DNA of 64,000 nt, taken from an uncultured Pseudomonadales bacterium (lineage in GTDB: Bacteria > Patescibacteriota > Microgenomatia > UBA1400 > PJMF01). Under the pieces are notes generated by a model. It saw nothing but the letters and a program-made list of their open reading frames with translations, searched no databases and had not been told where the DNA came from. Positions 58,846-64,000 of the stretch are shown piece by piece. Position numbers and translations under genes: made by a program. Position 1 is the first letter of the stretch; the number at the start of each line of letters is the position of its first letter. The stretch is from positions 220,342 to 284,341 of the forward strand of contig CAZEEV010000001.1 in NCBI GenBank assembly GCA_964511345.1, in the 5' to 3' direction.

Positions 58846-60564
58846 ATGATAGACATACGCGGGTTCCTCAAACAAACCAATAGTAAACATTCCACTAAGT
58901 ACGTTTTTGTCTCTGGTGGTGTCCTTTCAGGTTTGGGTAAAGGGGTGACTGCCGCTTCTTTGGGGGTTCTACTTAAAGAACAAGGTTACGATGTCACTAA
59001 TATTAAATGTGAAAATTATCTCAATTTAGATTCTGGCAATATTAATCCTATTGAACATGGAGATGTTTTTCTTTGTGAAGATGGTTTGGAAGCAGATTTG
59101 GATCTAGGCTCTTATGAAAGATTTTTAGGTAGAGAAGTCGGATATAAAAATTTCACTACCATGGGTCAAATTTACAGTACTGTTATTGAGCGCACTAAAA
59201 ACCTGGAATACAACGGAGCAACAGTTGACGCCATTCCCTATGTGCCAGAAGAAGTTATCCGTCGAATTCAAGAGGCATCCGTGGGTCACGATATTGTGTT
59301 AATTGAATTAGGTGGAACAGCTGGTGAATATCAAAATATTATTTACTACGAAGCTTACCGTATCATGAAGATGACTTTACCCAAGGATGTCATCCTTCTG
59401 CATGTTACCTATTTCCCAGCTCCTTCTCACATCAATGAATTGAAATCTAAACCCACTCAACTTTCAGTCAAATCCCTGAATTCTATGGGTATTCAACCAG
59501 ACTTTATTGTAGGTAGAGGAGAATTGGAGATTGATGAAAAACGCAAAGAAAAAGTGGCTTATTTTTGCACCATGAATCAGGAAGACATCATTTCTAACCC
59601 AGATTGTAAATCAATTTATGAAATCCCATTAGTTTTCAACAAACAACAATTTAGTCAAAAAGTACTTAAAAAGCTGGGTTTAAAATCTAGAAAAATTGCT
59701 TTGACCGATTGGCAAGCAATGGTACAAAACATCTATGCTGAGAAAGATAAAAAGGTCAAAATCGGCATTATAGCTAAGTATATAGCTACTGGTGATTATG
59801 AATTAAAAGACTCTTATACATCTCTTCTAGAATCCATTAACCATTCTGCCTGGCATGAGAAAATTGATGTAGAAATAGTTTTCATCAATGCTGAAAGTTT
59901 AGAAAAAAAAGATAAAAAAACTTTGTCTGACTTACAAAAAGTGGACGGCATCATTGTGCCAATCGGTTGGGGCAGTCGTGGCGTAGAAGGCAAAATAGAG
60001 GCTATTCGCTATGCCAGAGAAAATAAAATACCTTATTTGGGCTTATGTTATGGCATGCAATTAGCCTCAGTGGAATTTGCCCGTCATATGGCTGATTTAA
60101 GTGATGCAAACACGCAGGAAGTGGATCCAAATACCAAAAACCCAATCATTCACGCCATTCCTTTTGAAGACAAATATCAAAAAATCAAAGGCAACGGCGC
60201 CAGTATGAGACTCGGAGCTTATGATTGTATTCTCAAACCCAATACCTTGGCTCACGAAATTTATAAAAAGCACAATGCTTTTAAAGATTCAAGAAAAAAT
60301 CTTATCTCTGAACGTCATCGTCATCGCTATGAGTTTAATAATGATTACCGCCAAATCTTAGAAGAAAAGGGCTTTGTCATCTCTGGAACCAGCCCGGATA
60401 ATTTCTTTGTAGAAATGATTGAGCTACCCAAAGAAACCCACCCCTTCTTCTTAGCCACTCAAGCTCATCCAGAATACAAATCTGCACCCCTTAAACCACA
60501 CCCTATTTTTATTGAATACTTACGCACTATTTGGGAAGAAAAAAACAAGAAAAGCCAAAGTTAA
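58846..60564 (+). CDS. pyrG: CTP synthase
   Basis: GGVLSGLGKG, KSKPTQ, GLCYGMQ, ERHRHRYE, QAHPEYKS. Confidence 0.98.
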   Translation: MIDIRGFLKQTNSKHSTKYVFVSGGVLSGLGKGVTAASLGVLLKEQGYDVTNIKCENYLNLDSGNINPIEHGDVFLCEDGLEADLDLGSYERFLGREVGYKNFTTMGQIYSTVIERTKNLEYNGATVDAIPYVPEEVIRRIQEASVGHDIVLIELGGTAGEYQNIIYYEAYRIMKMTLPKDVILLHVTYFPAPSHINELKSKPTQLSVKSLNSMGIQPDFIVGRGELEIDEKRKEKVAYFCTMNQEDIISNPDCKSIYEIPLVFNKQQFSQKVLKKLGLKSRKIALTDWQAMVQNIYAEKDKKVKIGIIAKYIATGDYELKDSYTSLLESINHSAWHEKIDVEIVFINAESLEKKDKKTLSDLQKVDGIIVPIGWGSRGVEGKIEAIRYARENKIPYLGLCYGMQLASVEFARHMADLSDANTQEVDPNTKNPIIHAIPFEDKYQKIKGNGASMRLGAYDCILKPNTLAHEIYKKHNAFKDSRKNLISERHRHRYEFNNDYRQILEEKGFVISGTSPDNFFVEMIELPKETHPFFLATQAHPEYKSAPLKPHPIFIEYLRTIWEEKNKKSQS

Positions 60565-60625
60565 TATTCTCTCTTATAAACCCATTGTACTTTTATGACT
60601 TCCTTTGGTACAATACTCGCTTGTT

Positions 60626-60979
60626 ATGGCACAGAATTTTACTTACAACGATCAAGAAGTTAATGTTGGTGACACCGTTCGTGTCCACCAAGAAATTAGT
60701 GAAGGCAAGAAAACCAGAGTTCAGGTTTTTGAGGGCTTAGTTATTGCTGTCAAAAATCGTGAAGTCAACAAAACTTTTACCGTTCGCAAAATTGCTACTG
60801 GTGGCATTGGAGTAGAGAAAATCTTTCCTCTAATGATCCCTAGTATCAAAAAAATTGAAGTTAAACGTCGTGGCGAAGTCAAGAGAAGTAAACTATACTA
60901 CTTACGTGCCAAAGTCGGTAAAGCAGCTAGTAGAGTTAAAGAAAAAAGTCTTTTCACCGAGACAAAAAAAGTTCCCTAA
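60626..60979 (+). CDS. rplS: 50S ribosomal protein L19
   Basis: [37 protein letters not shown]; ATG 60626. Confidence 0.97.
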   Translation: MAQNFTYNDQEVNVGDTVRVHQEISEGKKTRVQVFEGLVIAVKNREVNKTFTVRKIATGGIGVEKIFPLMIPSIKKIEVKRRGEVKRSKLYYLRAKVGKAASRVKEKSLFTETKKVP

Positions 60980-61331
60980 TTTTTCCAAAGGAATACAAGC
61001 AGAAAAAATCGCCTTAACCTTTCTTCTTAATAAAGGTTATTCACTCTTGGAAAAAAATATTAGAACAGCCAACTCGGAAGTAGATTTAGTCATGCTTGAT
61101 GAAGAATTTGACGAGATTGTCTTTGTTGAAGTCAAATATAGGGAAACACGTAGCTACGGAGATGGCAGTCAAGCTGTTGATCAAAGAAAGCTCAACAGCA
61201 TAATTAAAGTCGCCAATAGCTATTTAAGAAAAAAGCAGTTTAAAAAAAGCTATAGATTTGATATCATATCAGTCTCTGGAAATTTAGAACGACCAGAAAT
61301 ACGGCACTTTGAGAATATTACTTGGCTTTAG
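60906..61331 (+). CDS. YraN/UPF0102 family endonuclease-like protein
   Basis: [31 protein letters not shown]; start uncertain (GTG inside rplS). Confidence 0.85.
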   Translation: MPKSVKQLVELKKKVFSPRQKKFPNFSKGIQAEKIALTFLLNKGYSLLEKNIRTANSEVDLVMLDEEFDEIVFVEVKYRETRSYGDGSQAVDQRKLNSIIKVANSYLRKKQFKKSYRFDIISVSGNLERPEIRHFENITWL

Positions 61332-61345
61332 GCCTTTGATAAAAA

Positions 61346-61417
61346 GGCCCCATCGTCTAGTGGTTAGGACATCGGGTTTTCATCCCGGTAACTGGGGTCC
61401 GATTCCCCATGGGGTCA
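61346..61417 (+). tRNA. tRNA-Glu(TTC)
   Basis: GGCCCCA/TGGGGTC acceptor, TCGGG-ttTTCat-CCCGG; T-loop TCCGATT. Confidence 0.93.
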
Positions 61418-61424
61418 CAGCGTA

Positions 61425-61455
61425 AAAAAGAGTGGATTTGTCCACTCTTTTTTTT
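61425..61455 (+). terminator. Terminator of tRNA-Glu
   Basis: AAAAAAGAGTGGA-TTTG-TCCACTCTTTTTTTT. Confidence 0.88.
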
Positions 61456-61627
61456 GCTTTGAACTCGTAATAGGATCAGCCTTTTTAGGTCCAGACAATT
61501 GAGCTAATAACGCACACGAGCTTAAGCGAGGAGCATTATGTTCAATTATATGAGGAAGCGCGGTGAGAACAAGCAAAATAACTGTAGTGATTAGCGGAAG
61601 TTGTGCTTGTGGAGCGAGCAAGCTCGT

Positions 61628-61649
61628 ATTCCCCATGGGGAGGGTCACA
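61628..61649 (+). repeat. Duplicated tRNA-Glu 3' end
   Basis: ATTCCCCATGGGG(AGGG)TCACA versus ATTCCCCATGGGGTCACA at 61402-61419. Confidence 0.75.
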
Positions 61650-61668
61650 AAAAGATAAAAAAAACTAT

Positions 61669-61944
61669 ATGGAAAAAGAACAATTTGTAATTTCTGACAT
61701 AGAAAAAATTTTATCTATGAGAGAGTTGAAGTTATACAAAAAACTCAAAGACTTTGGAGCTTGTAGCTTAGAGGAAATAATATTGGATTTCAATATGCCA
61801 CATCAAGAGGCTGCAGAAGCTATGATTAGTAGATTGAGAACAAAACTTAATAGATTGGGGAGAGAGCAACTCAAAGGCATTAAAATTGGAAAAGACAAAT
61901 TTCTCAGTTACTACATAGCAGCAAAAGACGAACCGCTGATCTAA
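61669..61944 (+). CDS. Stand-alone winged-helix (OmpR effector-like) protein
   Basis: AEAMISRLRTKL resembles the Trans_reg_C recognition helix; ATG 61669. Confidence 0.55.
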   Translation: MEKEQFVISDIEKILSMRELKLYKKLKDFGACSLEEIILDFNMPHQEAAEAMISRLRTKLNRLGREQLKGIKIGKDKFLSYYIAAKDEPLI

Positions 61945-61947
61945 TTT

Positions 61948-62772
61948 CTATTCTTCATTCTGATTTTTTTCTTTTGGCAAATTAGGAATAATGTGCACGT
62001 TTCTATTAGAATTCATTGCCATTGCAAGTTGCATATTTGACAATCTAACTACTTCGGTGAACTCGATATTTTTGATAACTTCATCAGGCTCATCGTTTTC
62101 CTTAATACCAGGTCTCGTTAAAACAGCCAAACCAGTGTTCACGTCAATCCCAACAAAACTATAAGCATATTCATCACCTTCAACAATTACTATATCGTCT
62201 TCTTTCAGTTGAGTTTCTGTTTTTAGCTGATCTTCAACCTGAGATGCTTTGGCTGATTGCCAAGCCGCCCCCATGTCCACTTTTAACTCATCGTCATCGT
62301 CTTCTGCACTTTCTTGTCCTTCGTCTCGAATAATCGATACCATTGTTGCAAGCCAAGCAGTTAACGCCTTAGAAAATTCCAGTGTACTTTCCCAATCTCC
62401 TTTGGCATCTAAAAGATATCCAAAATGTAAAACTGTAAAAGCATCTAAAATTACAAATTCACCGTTAGCATTCCTACATTCTAAATTAATTCTGCCGAGA
62501 ATTAGATTGGCGCGCTTACTATTATCAAAAACTTTATTTACCTCATAAATCTGTCGTGTCTTAGGATGAAAAATCACATCGCCAACATCAAAAAGCACAT
62601 CATTGGTCGTTTGTAAATCTTGAGCCAACTTAATCACTTCTTCAGTAAGACCATCAAGACTTTCACTTAATTTTTGTAAATCTCTACCTAGAGGCCTAAT
62701 TTTTACTCTAGGATATTCTAATTGGTCGAAAAAATGTCTTGGATCATTGGGGTCTCGTGATTGCTCTACCAT
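61948..62772 (-). CDS. Acidic hypothetical protein
   Basis: 274-aa ORF; two short beta-rich segments (FDVGDVIFHP, LKEDDIVIV); no family recognised. Confidence 0.7.
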   Translation of the reverse strand: MVEQSRDPNDPRHFFDQLEYPRVKIRPLGRDLQKLSESLDGLTEEVIKLAQDLQTTNDVLFDVGDVIFHPKTRQIYEVNKVFDNSKRANLILGRINLECRNANGEFVILDAFTVLHFGYLLDAKGDWESTLEFSKALTAWLATMVSIIRDEGQESAEDDDDELKVDMGAAWQSAKASQVEDQLKTETQLKEDDIVIVEGDEYAYSFVGIDVNTGLAVLTRPGIKENDEPDEVIKNIEFTEVVRLSNMQLAMAMNSNRNVHIIPNLPKEKNQNEE

Positions 62773-62867
62773 AAGAGGTCTGATTATAAAACCTTATAAT
62801 CAAAAAAGGAATATTATGATGTACTACAATTAGCATGGATTGCACACCATGTGGTAACATACAAACT

Positions 62868-63425
62868 ATGAACTTTGATCAATATCAACACGTTATTTTT
62901 GACTTTGATGAAACTCTAGCCACCATCATTATGGATTGGTCACCTTGGTATAAGGGGGTGGCTGAGATTGTCAGAAAATATCAACCAAGTTTTGATGATG
63001 TGAACAATCTTAGCATGCAATCTGTTTCTGAGTTTATTAATCAGTATGGTCAATCTTTTCGCGATGAATACGTAAATTTTGAGATAAACCTCGAAAAGAA
63101 AAATTATCAAAGTTACAAAATCATTCAAAAAACCTTAGACTTATTTCAAAAATTTCACAAACAAAACAAAAATTTGTATCTACTTACTTCTAATTCTAAG
63201 ATAACAGTTTTGCCAATTTTGGAAGAATTAAAAATAACAAATCACTTTACGAAAATAGTTACTCTCGACGATGTAAGAAACTTCAAACCAAGTCCCATCC
63301 CTTTTGAGTTAATTTATGTCGAGGGTAACGATAAAAAACAATATCTGATGGTTGGTGATAGCGTCTCTGATAAAGGATTTGCACAAAATGTTGGCATTGA
63401 TTATTTAAATGTTCGCGATTTCTAA
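62868..63425 (+). CDS. HAD-family hydrolase
   Basis: IFDFDETL, LTSN, KPSP, MVGDSVSD. Confidence 0.92.
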   Translation: MNFDQYQHVIFDFDETLATIIMDWSPWYKGVAEIVRKYQPSFDDVNNLSMQSVSEFINQYGQSFRDEYVNFEINLEKKNYQSYKIIQKTLDLFQKFHKQNKNLYLLTSNSKITVLPILEELKITNHFTKIVTLDDVRNFKPSPIPFELIYVEGNDKKQYLMVGDSVSDKGFAQNVGIDYLNVRDF

Positions 63426-64000
63426 ATCATCTCATTGCCAAAAATCACAGCCGAACAATCCTCATAAATACCCACTCCCACGTGACTCCACTTACCTAAT
63501 TGATTGCCATCATGAGCTGGATCTGCCGCATACATCCATTCTATTAGGTGAGTGCCAGTAAATTTCATGTGGGTACTCATATTCTCCCCAAGTTGATAAA
63601 AACCCAAGGTTTTGTATCCCTCTTGGTTTTCCACATAATCACTAAAGCCAGCATGACCGTCAGAACCATTTTGACAAACATAAGTAGCTCGCTCCAAGGC
63701 ATATTTAGCCAAACGCTTATCCCAAGTTAAATTTGATTTACCTTTGGTATAACGATAAAGATTGAGAGCCTGAAAAGTTTCTTCTGCCGTGCCCATTACA
63801 CTATCAAAACCTACTTTCATGCGATAACCAGTTTCACTGACTTGCACTGCTTCTCCCCAAGCAGCATCTTTTAAGTCTGGGTCATTAGCATAAGGATCCA
63901 CTGGTGTCGGAGTTTTACTTGGCGTGGGTGTCAAAGCAGCAGATGGAGTAGATGCAAATGTCAAATCTTCTTCATTGGCAAAACTAATCAGCGGGGCTTC
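63422..64000 (-). CDS. CAP (SCP) domain protein with PT-rich linker (5' end outside window)
   Basis: LNLYR...LTWDKRLAKYA, GENM, HDGNQLG.WSHVGVG; frame open to the window end. Confidence 0.85.
   Translation of the reverse strand, partial: EAPLISFANEEDLTFASTPSAALTPTPSKTPTPVDPYANDPDLKDAAWGEAVQVSETGYRMKVGFDSVMGTAEETFQALNLYRYTKGKSNLTWDKRLAKYALERATYVCQNGSDGHAGFSDYVENQEGYKTLGFYQLGENMSTHMKFTGTHLIEWMYAADPAHDGNQLGKWSHVGVGIYEDCSAVIFGNEMI

Overview
Low-GC bacterial chromosome segment (standard genetic code). Gene content and style point to a Patescibacteria/CPR organism, probably Microgenomates-like (inference from class I LysRS, split transketolase, bifunctional PGI/PMI, many acidic orphans and few Shine-Dalgarno sites). 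It carries a dcw cluster (murB-murA-mraY-ftsW-murG-ftsQ-ftsA-ftsZ), ileS with a T-box, gatCAB, dnaE, secA, serS, lysS, greA, efp/epmA, sugar-phosphate genes, lexA, pyrG and seven tRNA genes. No CRISPR, integrase or transposase is visible. The main unexplained signal: five of the seven tRNA genes are followed, beyond their terminator hairpin, by a second copy of their own 3' end. In four of them that copy is split by a related 43-104 bp insert ending in CTAG plus a GNA-triloop mini-hairpin, which suggests a tRNA-targeting miniature element family. Other highlights are an inverted pair of dif-like (Xer) sites upstream of lysS, an intact but apparently catalytically dead enolase, an ultrashort-Stem-I T-box coupled to an intrinsic terminator, a candidate sRNA, and a possible rplS-yraN +1 frameshift.
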